From the NCBI GenBank assembly GCA_036788095.1, contig DAIQOA010000003.1:17-64016 (forward strand): 64,000 nt of DNA, in the 5' to 3' direction. Below, piece by piece: positions 39,917 to 49,224 of the stretch. Position 1 is the first letter of the stretch. Each line of letters opens with the position of its first letter. This DNA is from a bacterium. Its GTDB lineage: Bacteria; Zhuqueibacterota; Zhuqueibacteria; Residuimicrobiales; Residuimicrobiaceae. The notes beneath the pieces are model-generated. The model searched no databases, was not told the DNA's origin, and saw only the letters and a list, made by a program, of their open reading frames with translations. The translations under genes and the position numbers were made by a program.

Positions 39917-39950
39917 TTAAATTGTACTTACAATTGCAAGTACAATTTAA
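39917..39950. promoter_or_regulatory. near-perfect 34-bp palindrome (probable TA operator) just upstream of the antitoxin start
   Basis: TTAAATTGTACTTACAATTGCAAGTACAATTTAA, centred on CAATTG, 12 nt before the phd ATG. Confidence 0.5.
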
Positions 39951-40250
39951 CGAATAAAATGACTCGTTGCAACATTTATTATTATGTAAAATCGACCTTG
40001 CTTTCGAATGGGCAAATCCGCTAACCAGCGCGCTGACCAGCCACAGTCCCGACCCCCTGCTCAACCACCTCTATGCAGGTTGCACTTTTCAGGGGAGAAT
40101 CTGGAGGAACTTGCGGTTATGCAATGCCAGTCCGGCCGACCCCCTTTTCTCTTCAGCGCTCATCTGCGCCACCTGTGGATAATCTCATCAGCGCTGCAGC
40201 AAAAAACATACATCCGCAGAAAAAAATGGATCAGAGCAAGGCGGGCTTTT

Positions 40251-40808
40251 TCAAAACAGAAAAGGGATGAACCGTTTGGTCCTTTTCATATACTCCCGGT
40301 AAGGTTCGCCAAAATAGCGCACGTTTTCTTCCTCTTCGCACAACACCGCCAGGAGAAGAAAAAACGTGGCCGCTATCGCCAGAGCCAGACCGGCCGGCGA
40401 CAGCCGTTTGAAGAAAATGCCCCAGGTCAACAACACCAACGAACAGTACATCGGATGACGGATGTAACGATAGACACCGGATGCGACCAATACAGTGGTT
40501 TTTTCAAAGTGGACCAGCGACGCATCGTCGCGGCGCGAATCCGCTTTGCCCATACGGCGCAATTGCAGAAACCCGCACAGCGCAACCACGGCGGAGAGGA
40601 CCAACAGCGCCCAGGAGAGCAGCTGATGCGGGGCAAGGGGATTCTTGAACCAATAAAAAACATTGAGCAGGAACAATCCCAGCATGAACTCCCAGGCGTA
40701 AAATCGATAAAAACCATGGGAACGCGGCCGGGTCAAAGAATCCCATGAAATAAAAATAAACACACCGGAAAGGAGCAGAAACAGAATGCATTTCATAAGC
40801 ACCCCCAT
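40251..40808 (-). CDS. ICMT/PEMT-family membrane methyltransferase
   Basis: 185 aa, 4-5 TM helices; RHPMY...E...EE motif cluster near C-terminus typical of this family. Confidence 0.65.
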   Translation of the reverse strand: MGVLMKCILFLLLSGVFIFISWDSLTRPRSHGFYRFYAWEFMLGLFLLNVFYWFKNPLAPHQLLSWALLVLSAVVALCGFLQLRRMGKADSRRDDASLVHFEKTTVLVASGVYRYIRHPMYCSLVLLTWGIFFKRLSPAGLALAIAATFFLLLAVLCEEEENVRYFGEPYREYMKRTKRFIPFLF

Positions 40809-40858
40809 AAAAAGTTGTTACCCATAAAACCAGTGTCCACTGCTTTGCGAATGCTCAA

Positions 40859-41860
40859 CTAGAGTCCGACGCCGTCCAACACCGCGCCGCAAAAGCGACA
40901 GCCGCCGTTGCGCACATGATTGGCCAAAATCTGAAAGCCGTAGCGCTCGATCACCTTTTTGCCGCACTGCGGACAATAGGTGTGTTCGCCCTCATCCCCG
41001 GGAATATTGCCGCTGTACACATACCGCAGACCGGCCGCCAATCCCATCTCACGGCCGCGCTGCAGCAAAGACAGCGGCGTGGCGGGCGTTTGCGTGTACT
41101 GGTAATCCGGATGAAACCGGCTGATGTGCCAGGGCGTCTCAGCGCCCAGTTCCTGCTTGATAAAACAGGCCATCTCCTGCAGATCCGCATCAGAGATCTG
41201 ATCAGGCACCAGCAGAGTGGTCACCTCCACCCACACTCCCAGCTCTTTCATCAGCTGCAGGGACCGCAGCACACTGCCAAGATCGCCGCCGATCACACGA
41301 CGATAGAAATCCTTGTTCCAGCCTTTTAGATCGACGTTGGCCGCGGTGAGAAAAGGCGCCAGCTCCCGCAACGGCGCTTCATTGATATAACCGTTGGTCA
41401 CAAATACTGTGGCCATCCCTTCCGCCTTGGCCAGCCGGGCGATCTCTAAAGCGTACTCGTAATAGACTGTCGGTTCGGTGTAGGTGCAGGCGATGGTCCG
41501 GCACCCCCGCGTCACCGCGGCGTCCACCACCTGCCGGCTGGTCACCGGTTGCCCGGCCGGCTCGCCATGCACCTGAGAAAGGTCGTGGTTCTGGCAGAAC
41601 CGGCAATGGAAATTACAGCCCATGGCGGCGATGGAAAAACTCGCGGACCCGGGATACACATGGAACAGCGGCTTTTTTTCGATCGGATCCACATGCACCG
41701 CGGCCGCCTTTTCGTAAACCAACGAATAGAGCACGCCGCCGAGATTCCGCCGAACGCCGCACACGCCGACCTTGCCCTCCGCCAGTTTGCAGGTATGCGG
41801 ACATAACTGACAGAGTACGTTGCCGTCCTCCAAGGCGGTATAAAATTGCGCCTCTTTCAT
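40859..41860 (-). CDS. AmmeMemoRadiSam-system radical SAM enzyme
   Basis: 333 aa; N-terminal Cys cluster (CQLCPHTC...VCGVRRN), VDPIEKKPLFHVYPGS..., CNFHCRFCQN radical-SAM CxxxCxxC, matching the TIGR04337-type pattern. Confidence 0.8.
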   Translation of the reverse strand: MKEAQFYTALEDGNVLCQLCPHTCKLAEGKVGVCGVRRNLGGVLYSLVYEKAAAVHVDPIEKKPLFHVYPGSASFSIAAMGCNFHCRFCQNHDLSQVHGEPAGQPVTSRQVVDAAVTRGCRTIACTYTEPTVYYEYALEIARLAKAEGMATVFVTNGYINEAPLRELAPFLTAANVDLKGWNKDFYRRVIGGDLGSVLRSLQLMKELGVWVEVTTLLVPDQISDADLQEMACFIKQELGAETPWHISRFHPDYQYTQTPATPLSLLQRGREMGLAAGLRYVYSGNIPGDEGEHTYCPQCGKKVIERYGFQILANHVRNGGCRFCGAVLDGVGL

Positions 41861-41861
41861 A

Positions 41862-43964
41862 TCACTCCTCGCTCACCAAAACCTCCAAGGTGAGCAATGC
41901 CTGCACCTTGATAAAGTCCTCGCTGAAAATCTGTCTTTCCTGACCGTTGCTGCTGTCCAAGCTCAGCTCGGTGGCGATAAAAACCGGTTTCAGGCCACCC
42001 CCGGTATTTTTAAACAGCGCCAACTCTTCTTCGCTCAACTCCAGGGTCGTTTCGATATGCCGGGCCGCCGACACCCGGCCGGCCGCATCCACCGCGGCTG
42101 CCGGCACCTGGATCGGGCCTAAGATGACGTTCGGCCGGTCGTACAAACGCGCCAGGGCATCGACCAGGCGCAAGTGCAGGGCGCCGCCCAGAGGCAGGTG
42201 GTTGTCGATCTTTAACTGGATCACCGCGCCCTGCAGACGATCGGTGGCATCAGCGGAAATCCGCACGATCTCCCCCTGATCAAAGAGATCGCCCTCATCC
42301 GCCGCCGGTTTGATCTGAATCTGGGTGGTGTCCAGATGCACCTCTTTGGCGGTCCAACTGATTCGAGCCGGCACGTCCAATGCAACCCGGGCGCGCAGAT
42401 AATCCGACGCGCTGATCCGGCCATAGGTCATGCCGTCTCCCACCCAGACCCGGCCGGCGATCGCCAGCTGCGTGGGACGAATATCCATAAACTGAACGAT
42501 GGGACTGTTCTGGGCAGTGAACAGCGGCAGCCGTGTGCGCACCTCGCCGCCGTCGCCCGCCTGAATTTGCTCATTGATGGTGAAAGAGACGCTTCGGCCT
42601 TGCTCGTTCCAGGCCCGCAGAGTGCCTTCAAAACGAAGCGGCAACTGAATAGTGTTGAAAATATCCAGTGTGAGCCTGGCGTCGCCGAAACGGACATGAT
42701 CGAGATCGTCGAAACGCTCGGGCAGAGACAGGCTGCGGAAAACCGTGTCCAGCACCACCTCTTGCTCTTGCAAACGACCGGACAGATGATCGATCGCCAG
42801 ATCAGAAAACGCGACACGAGCGGTAAGCGTGCTTTTTTGATCCAGCACATAGAGCTGATCGCCCAGATCCCGGGTCACGCCGTCAAAGTCGATATTTAAA
42901 AACTGCTGCGCACCGTTTGCCGGCAGGTCCAACCGGGCGACGAACTGGCGCAGATCGATGCGGCTGACGGAGCGGGAATAGGATGTGAGCGGGATGACAA
43001 AATGGAGCGGCTCGCCGCTGCTGTTTTTGATCTCCTGGAATTTCCACGACAGAGTTTCCGCGGAGATGGGCGTATGGTTATCCAGCGTCACAGCCACCTT
43101 GCCCCGCTGAAACGCCAGCTCTTCAACCTGCAGCGTCAAGCCGGGCAGCAGTTCGATGGATTCATTTTCCTGCAGCGCAAGGCTGGGCAGTTTGGCGTGC
43201 AGATAAGAAACCCGCATCTCATCGATCTGCGTCAACACCTCCAGCGACTGGTCGATTCGGATCGGAACCGCTATGCCGGCTGAACCCGCCACATAGCCGG
43301 AGATCAGCCACTGGTTGTTCTCCGGAATGCGTTTAGCGTTCAAGTCCAGCGCTACCAGCACCGAGTCATAGGGATTGATCCGCGTTACGCGCGGCGCACT
43401 GAGCAGAATATCGCCGCTGGCGCCGTCGCGCAGCTGCAGCGCCACGTTTTCCAGCGCCACCGGCAACCGGTTGTAAACGCGCAGCCGGCCGCGGCCGGTC
43501 TCGATGACCGCGGAGCGAAATCGCTCGTCCGCATGCTTTATACCCGCCACCCGCTGAAACGCGCCGGGGTGAATGATAACGCTCTGTCCCTCTTTGCCCG
43601 CCGCTTCGCTGCAAAGCTGCGCAAAGCTAAAATGATCATAGCCGACGATCATGTTCGGTATCGACAAATCGGTGAGCGCCACCTCAAAGGTCTGTTCAAA
43701 ATCATCAAGGACAAAATTCTCGCCGATGGCGGCGGCCTCGATCTCCTCTTCCACGTGGAAGCCCAGACGGCCGTCCGCATCGAAAATCACCCGGTCTTCG
43801 TCCTCGACCATTTCCCTCACGCTGTAAGAGCGGTCCACCAGCGGGATGTTCCATTGGGTCTGCCAGCTCGGCGCCTCGGGCGATTTGAACGAACAACCGG
43901 CGCAGAACAGCAGGAGGAGCAAAAACGGTCGTATGGACCTGTTGTACATCATTCTCTTCATCAC
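41862..43964 (-). CDS. hypothetical lipoprotein (700 aa)
   Basis: Signal peptide with lipobox LLFCAGCS; no recognisable family; 1-nt gap to the radical-SAM gene. Confidence 0.5.
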   Translation of the reverse strand: MMKRMMYNRSIRPFLLLLLFCAGCSFKSPEAPSWQTQWNIPLVDRSYSVREMVEDEDRVIFDADGRLGFHVEEEIEAAAIGENFVLDDFEQTFEVALTDLSIPNMIVGYDHFSFAQLCSEAAGKEGQSVIIHPGAFQRVAGIKHADERFRSAVIETGRGRLRVYNRLPVALENVALQLRDGASGDILLSAPRVTRINPYDSVLVALDLNAKRIPENNQWLISGYVAGSAGIAVPIRIDQSLEVLTQIDEMRVSYLHAKLPSLALQENESIELLPGLTLQVEELAFQRGKVAVTLDNHTPISAETLSWKFQEIKNSSGEPLHFVIPLTSYSRSVSRIDLRQFVARLDLPANGAQQFLNIDFDGVTRDLGDQLYVLDQKSTLTARVAFSDLAIDHLSGRLQEQEVVLDTVFRSLSLPERFDDLDHVRFGDARLTLDIFNTIQLPLRFEGTLRAWNEQGRSVSFTINEQIQAGDGGEVRTRLPLFTAQNSPIVQFMDIRPTQLAIAGRVWVGDGMTYGRISASDYLRARVALDVPARISWTAKEVHLDTTQIQIKPAADEGDLFDQGEIVRISADATDRLQGAVIQLKIDNHLPLGGALHLRLVDALARLYDRPNVILGPIQVPAAAVDAAGRVSAARHIETTLELSEEELALFKNTGGGLKPVFIATELSLDSSNGQERQIFSEDFIKVQALLTLEVLVSEE

Positions 43965-43967
43965 CCT

Positions 43968-45755
43968 TCACCGGGCCAGAGCGGCCAGAATAAAAGCGGC
44001 TGCGCCCATGCCGATCACCGGATAAGCGCCCCGGCAGGCCGCGGTCTTTAGATCGTAATGCTCCGGGATCATCTCTGCATTGCGGGCCGCCTGGCTCATC
44101 ACCCACTCCCAGAGCAGATCGGCCTCTTGCTTTTTCTTCATCCTCATCATGGCCGGAATCATGCGCAGGGTGACGAACAGGTTCTCCTCGCCGACTCCGT
44201 CGTTCACCGTACGGCCCAACGCATAGCCGCGTGTTGGACTGATGCGCAGGTGAGAGTCCAGCGCTGCCAGGGTGGTGCGGGCGGATTTCCAGTCAGGCAG
44301 CACCACGCCCCAGTTGACCGCTTCCATGGTGGAGCTGTCCAGCAGTTCGGGAAACGATCGTTTTTCCAGGCTTCTCACCAGCACTCTGGCCTTGCCCACG
44401 GTCAGCCGGGTGAGAATGCTTTCGCGCAGTCGCGCCGATTTCTCGGTGCACTGTTTCAGCATCGCCGCATCGTCCAGCGTCCGGGCCAGCACCGCGGCGC
44501 AGGTCAATCCCTGAAAAGCGGCGGCGGAGGTGTAGAGAAACTGCTCTCCGGGCGCCGGCGCATCCCACAGTCCCGAGTCGGCGCGGATCAGGTCGTTGAC
44601 GGCAAAAGAGACCAGCAGCGGCTGCACCACATAATCTTTAACCAGGGACCAGACCTGATCGAGAAAAGCCCGGTCGCTGCTGTGCTTGTAATAATCGTGC
44701 AGCGCCCAGAGAAACAGCGGATGGCTGCTAAAATACAGCCGCGGCGTGTTATCGATCGAGGTCGCGCGCTCAAAGCCGATGCCGCTGTAATGCGCCAGCG
44801 ACACCATGTAATTGCGTCCCAGACCCCACTCCAGATCGCCGATGCGATGGGAACGAAATGAGCCGGCATCCGAGTAGAGCATGAATTTCAGCGCCGCCCG
44901 GGCTTCGCTGAAATGGCCGACCGCCGACAACGCCGCCACGCTGTAGCTCATGTCGCGGGTGACGGAGATCTTGTCATCGCCATAGGCCAGCGAGTTGACG
45001 ATCTGTCCGTATCCAGGCCCCGGTTCGCGCACCTGCGCCATCTTGATAAACGCCAGGGATTGACGGAACACATCGTGTTTGAGGGTGATAATGTCCGCGG
45101 GTTCGTGGCCGCTCAGATGCCAGTGCATCCACCAGCGCTGTTCCGCCTCCACCATCCGCTTCGGCTCTGTCTTAGCCAGGTCCGCCAGCACCTTGGCCTG
45201 GGTCGGCGGCGTCATGCCGCCGGTGTACACGGCGGCGAACATGATCCACAGGTCTTCGTTATCCCAGCACTCGGTGACCACGGTCTGCACTTCGCGCAGA
45301 GGCGGATCGATGAAAGGCAGAAAATGCGCCCGGGTGAGTCGCAATCGTTTGGCGGCGGGAATGTGCAGGACCCAGAACAGAGCTTTGTGTTCAAGGATCA
45401 TCGGCGCCCAGATGTAGGAGATCAGGCTCGCCTTTTCCGTGGTGTGCTCGACGCGGATGATGCAAGTGCCGTTGATATAGCCGCTGTTGGCTACCGGCCA
45501 TTGCTGCAGCGGAATGGAATGAGAACCGATGGTCATGCGAAAGCCCAGCATCTGCACCAGATTGGGCGTTCGATAGCCGGCGTCCCAATCGTCGTTCAGG
45601 TGAGGATAAAAAGCGTCCACCACACCCTTGTCGATGTGATAGGTCGCATAGCACAGGCCGTTGGCCGTGGGCAGATGTTCGATCGACCGTTGCGCCCCTG
45701 TCGCAGCCGCGCAGCAGCCGCCGACGATAAGAAAAAAAAACGAAAATGCTTTCAT
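43968..45755 (-). CDS. secreted glycoside hydrolase family 15-like ((alpha/alpha)6 barrel, glucoamylase/glucodextranase-type) protein
   Basis: Start at MKAFSFFFLIVGGCCAAATGAQ; central and C-terminal region has GH15-like aromatic/acidic pattern (WLRDS-like LWDAP...GEQFLYTSAAAFQG). Family call is moderate. Confidence 0.5.
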   Translation of the reverse strand: MKAFSFFFLIVGGCCAAATGAQRSIEHLPTANGLCYATYHIDKGVVDAFYPHLNDDWDAGYRTPNLVQMLGFRMTIGSHSIPLQQWPVANSGYINGTCIIRVEHTTEKASLISYIWAPMILEHKALFWVLHIPAAKRLRLTRAHFLPFIDPPLREVQTVVTECWDNEDLWIMFAAVYTGGMTPPTQAKVLADLAKTEPKRMVEAEQRWWMHWHLSGHEPADIITLKHDVFRQSLAFIKMAQVREPGPGYGQIVNSLAYGDDKISVTRDMSYSVAALSAVGHFSEARAALKFMLYSDAGSFRSHRIGDLEWGLGRNYMVSLAHYSGIGFERATSIDNTPRLYFSSHPLFLWALHDYYKHSSDRAFLDQVWSLVKDYVVQPLLVSFAVNDLIRADSGLWDAPAPGEQFLYTSAAAFQGLTCAAVLARTLDDAAMLKQCTEKSARLRESILTRLTVGKARVLVRSLEKRSFPELLDSSTMEAVNWGVVLPDWKSARTTLAALDSHLRISPTRGYALGRTVNDGVGEENLFVTLRMIPAMMRMKKKQEADLLWEWVMSQAARNAEMIPEHYDLKTAACRGAYPVIGMGAAAFILAALAR

Positions 45756-45845
45756 CACTCTGTCTGGGACGAAATTCACCACCACCGCACGCACCTCCAA
45801 ATCCGTTCCACCTAACATACCGCCGCTCTTGAAGCGTTGCGGAAT

Positions 45846-46754
45846 TTACTTCTCCTTTGCAGGCTTGTGCGTCAGCGCCTGCAAAGACTTGATCAGCGCC
45901 TGAGTCCCTTCACGGCCTTCGCCGCGCGCCTGACAGGCGGAAAAAAGCTGATGCACCAGACTCAGTCCCGGCGACGGCAGCTGCATCTCAAAAGCGGATT
46001 GCAGCGCCAGGCGCAGGTCTTTTTGCTGTAGATCGATCATAAAGCCCGGCGCAAAATCCCCCACAGCCATGCGCGGCCCCAGATTGCTCAACTGCCAGGA
46101 GCCGGCCGCGCCGTTTTTCACTGCTTCGATCATCACCTGCGGATCCACGCCGGACTGCTGGGCGAAACACACCGCTTCGCACACCGCCAGGTTGGTGACC
46201 GAAACCAGAATCTGATTGCACAGTTTGACGGTCTGGCCCATGCCGTGTCCGCCGACATGGGTGATGCTCTTGCCCATCGCACTCAGCACCGGACGGCAGC
46301 GCTCCAGGATTTGCGCCTCGCCGCCCACCATAATCGCCAGGGTTCCGGCTTTGGCGCCCACATCGCCGCCGCTCACCGGCGCATCGAGCATCTGCGATCC
46401 CTTTTCCGCGATCTTTGCCGCCATGCGCTGTGTGGCCGAGGGCGAGATAGTGCTCATGTCGATCACCACGCTGTTGGGTTTCAAGCCCTGCATGACGCCG
46501 TCGCTGCCGAACAGCACCTGCTCCACATCCGGCGTATCGGTCACCATGGTGATGACGATGTCGGACCGTTCCGCCGCCTGTTTAGCCGATAAAGCAGCGC
46601 TGGCGCCTGCCTGAAGCACCGGCTGCATGCGCGCCGGCGTGCGGTTGTAAACCGTCAAGGGAAACCCGGCTTTGAGCAAATTCAAACACATGGGCTGTCC
46701 CATGATGCCCAAGCCGATGAACCCGATGCGTTCCTGTGCCATTGTGATCTCCAT
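45846..46754 (-). CDS. NAD(P)-dependent beta-hydroxyacid dehydrogenase (3-hydroxyisobutyrate / tartronate-semialdehyde reductase family)
   Basis: IGFIGLGIMGQPM Rossmann motif, 6PGDH-like NAD-binding plus C-terminal helical domain, catalytic Lys region. Confidence 0.8.
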   Translation of the reverse strand: MEITMAQERIGFIGLGIMGQPMCLNLLKAGFPLTVYNRTPARMQPVLQAGASAALSAKQAAERSDIVITMVTDTPDVEQVLFGSDGVMQGLKPNSVVIDMSTISPSATQRMAAKIAEKGSQMLDAPVSGGDVGAKAGTLAIMVGGEAQILERCRPVLSAMGKSITHVGGHGMGQTVKLCNQILVSVTNLAVCEAVCFAQQSGVDPQVMIEAVKNGAAGSWQLSNLGPRMAVGDFAPGFMIDLQQKDLRLALQSAFEMQLPSPGLSLVHQLFSACQARGEGREGTQALIKSLQALTHKPAKEK

Positions 46755-46769
46755 CTATTCCGCGCAACC

Positions 46770-47200
46770 CCCGAGTGTCGCGTCGACCCCGGGTGTCGTC
46801 GCGCTTTTTGCTTTTCAGACCCCGGATGTCGTCGCGTACTTTGCGACGACTCCGGGTGTCGCTTTAGATAAAGCGATTTTTGACTGTCTCTGCAACCTTT
46901 ACCACGACTCCGGGTGTCGCTTTAAATTGTCCGACCCGTGAATATCGCCGTGTTTTTTCCTTTTCAGACCCCGGGTGTCGCTTTAAATAAACCGATTCCC
47001 GAATGCTTTCGTAGTTTTTACCACCCCTCCGTGTGTCGCTTTAGATTGCCCGACCCCGAGTGTCACCGCGTTTCCGCGCAGACCCCGGGTGTCGCTTTAA
47101 ATAAAGCGAGGCCTAACTCTTTTCGTAACCTTTATCGCAACTCCGGGTGTCATTATAGAAAGAGCGAGTTCTACCTGACCCCAGCTGTCGCTTTCAACCA
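46770..47200. repeat. degenerate tandem repeat array A (about 60-bp units with core GACyCCGGGTGTCGCTTTArATAAAGCG)
   Basis: At least 11 copies of the CCGGGTGTCG core; units at about 46845, 46901, 46960, 47018, 47075, 47137 with about 60-bp period; inter-core segments also related to each other (cgtaacctttaccac). Confidence 0.8.
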
Positions 47201-47201
47201 A

Positions 47202-48041
47202 TCACCCCCCGTACACCCTTGCCATTCTCTCCGCCCACGCAGCTTCATCGTCTCTACCATGCTTGCGGCAGCCCAGGCTATAGACACGGCATTTCTCCAC
47301 CAATTGGCCGGCGGTCAGCAGCCGTTGTTCTTCCGACAGGGGTTCCTGCCGCAGCACCTTATCCAGACTGATGATGCGATAGCGGTCCAGGCTGTGCTGC
47401 ATGGAAAGCTGTTGCCAGTCGCCGGCCTGTTTTACGATCAACCGTTCCGCGAGAAACAGCACCGGAAAGCGCGAACAGACTCGCAGCCAGAGATCATAGT
47501 CTTCGCACGCCGGCAGCTGCTCATCGAACAGTCCCGCCGCCTCCAGAACGCACCGATGCAGCAGCACCGATGACGGACTGATGATGCACAGCGCCAGGCA
47601 ATGGGCATAGATCCAGCCTGAATACTTTTGATGATGCTTGCTCTGATTCTTCCAGAGGCCGTCTTTGCGCCACTCTTCATCCGTATAGCAGATCAGCAGA
47701 TCCGGCTGCTCCTGCAGGGCTTTACACTGACGCTGCAGCTTGTCCGCTTTCCACAGATCGTCAGAATCGAGAAACGCCAGCCAGTCGTAGCGCGCCGCCC
47801 GAATGCCTCGATTGCGGCTAACGGATACGCCGCTGTGCGGCTGCTGGATCATGCGCACGCGATCGCCGAAACGAAGAACAGCGCCGGCGGTGTCATCGGT
47901 AGAGCCGTCGTCCACCACGATCACCTCATCCGCCGGACAGCTCTGCGCCAGCACCGAATCGATGGCCCGGCTGACCAGATCAGCCCGGTTGTGCACCGGG
48001 ATGATGACGCTGATTTGCAGGCCTGCTTCACTCCTATCCAT
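47202..48041 (-). CDS. family 2 glycosyltransferase
   Basis: ISVIIPVHN...DDGSTD...DSDD...ED motifs of GT-A/GT2. Confidence 0.8.
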   Translation of the reverse strand: MDRSEAGLQISVIIPVHNRADLVSRAIDSVLAQSCPADEVIVVDDGSTDDTAGAVLRFGDRVRMIQQPHSGVSVSRNRGIRAARYDWLAFLDSDDLWKADKLQRQCKALQEQPDLLICYTDEEWRKDGLWKNQSKHHQKYSGWIYAHCLALCIISPSSVLLHRCVLEAAGLFDEQLPACEDYDLWLRVCSRFPVLFLAERLIVKQAGDWQQLSMQHSLDRYRIISLDKVLRQEPLSEEQRLLTAGQLVEKCRVYSLGCRKHGRDDEAAWAERMARVYGG

Positions 48042-48050
48042 AAATCGTCA

Positions 48051-48878
48051 CTAATGCGGCCGAATGATCGCCAGCAAAAAACAGAACAGCGTGACCACCA
48101 CCAGAGCCCCGGCCGCTAGGGTGATGACTTTTTTCTCTTTGCGCGCCTCGCGAAGGCCCATCAGGGCGCTGATGAGAAAGCCGCCGGCGAATCCGCCAAA
48201 GTGGGCCCAATTGTCGATATTGGGAAAAAGAAAGCCGAACACAAAGGCCATGATCGCCCAGCTGCCCACCTGGCGATACAGGGCGCTGCCGAAATCGCCG
48301 CCGTGTTTGCGGCCGTAATAGATCAGGCTGCCGAGCATGCCGAAAATGGCGCCCGAGCCCCCCAGCGTGAACATGGAGCCCATCATGACCGACAGCATAA
48401 ATCCGGTAACGCCGGAAACGGTAAAGATGATGAACGCCCGGCCTGTGCCGAACAGCTCTTCCACCATATAGCCGAGCTGGCGCAGCCACATCACATTGAA
48501 CAGAATATGCAGAATGCCGCCGTGCAGATAGACCGCGGTCAGCAGGGTCCACCAGCGGCCATGGCTGATGGCATACCGGCCGGTCATGCCCATGCGGTCC
48601 AGGCTTTCCATGCCCGGGGAGAGAAAAGACATCATGCCGCGCGGATGCAGAATGGCCGACAGGTCCAGTGCCAGACTGATGACGTACAGGGCGATGCAGG
48701 CGATGGTCAACGAGGTCACCAGACCGCGGAAATTAGCCAGCCAACGGCTAAGGCTCGGGCCCCAGCCCCACAGGCCGGGATTTTTCCTGCCGCAATGAAT
48801 GCACGAGGGGGCATTGACCGAGATCAGCCGGCCGCAGCCGGGACATACCATGGATCCGCTTTTTTTCCGTTCGAGCAT
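48051..48878 (-). CDS. rhomboid-family intramembrane serine protease with N-terminal zinc ribbon
   Basis: CPGCG...CIHCG ribbon; 6 TM; GGSGAIFG (GxSG) and downstream His (NWAHFGG); start at MLERKK (AAGGA RBS). Confidence 0.75.
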   Translation of the reverse strand: MLERKKSGSMVCPGCGRLISVNAPSCIHCGRKNPGLWGWGPSLSRWLANFRGLVTSLTIACIALYVISLALDLSAILHPRGMMSFLSPGMESLDRMGMTGRYAISHGRWWTLLTAVYLHGGILHILFNVMWLRQLGYMVEELFGTGRAFIIFTVSGVTGFMLSVMMGSMFTLGGSGAIFGMLGSLIYYGRKHGGDFGSALYRQVGSWAIMAFVFGFLFPNIDNWAHFGGFAGGFLISALMGLREARKEKKVITLAAGALVVVTLFCFLLAIIRPH

Positions 48879-49224
48879 GAGAACATCCTTGCAATAAGGG
48901 CGAAAGAAATGAAACGGCGTTTTAAAATCCGCAGGGGCTGCTTTTCGCGCGTGGCGCAACCTCCTCGGCGCATGAAACCTGGGTGAAAGCCCTCATGGCG
49001 CCTGATCAGCCGGTACGAGACGTTGCCACAGATTCGAGGGCCGCCCACCGCAATGCAAACGCGATACAGCCCTAAACAAGCCCGCTGTGACAATATGCAA
49101 AAAATCCCTGAAATATAAAACCATCTTTTTCGTCCGCCTCTGCGCCGTCTGCAGGGTGCGAAAAAGCTGTTGATTATGGCCGGTGTAAGGTCTATATTTA
49201 GGCGCGCAAACGATAAGGAGAATT

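Noticed and set aside
40258-40286. Hairpin GAAAAGG...CCTTTTC that looked like a terminator near 40.26 kb
   Set aside because: It lies inside the last codons of the ICMT-family gene (stop at 40251-40253). It is coding sequence, not a terminator.
46770-47200. About 60-bp periodicity of a 28-nt repeat, which looked CRISPR-like
   Set aside because: The repeats are degenerate and the intervening spacers resemble one another (cgtaacctttaccac variants). The units vary in length, there are no cas genes in the window, and the same motif occurs inverted 3 kb away. This is a tandem REP/MITE-like array, not a CRISPR.
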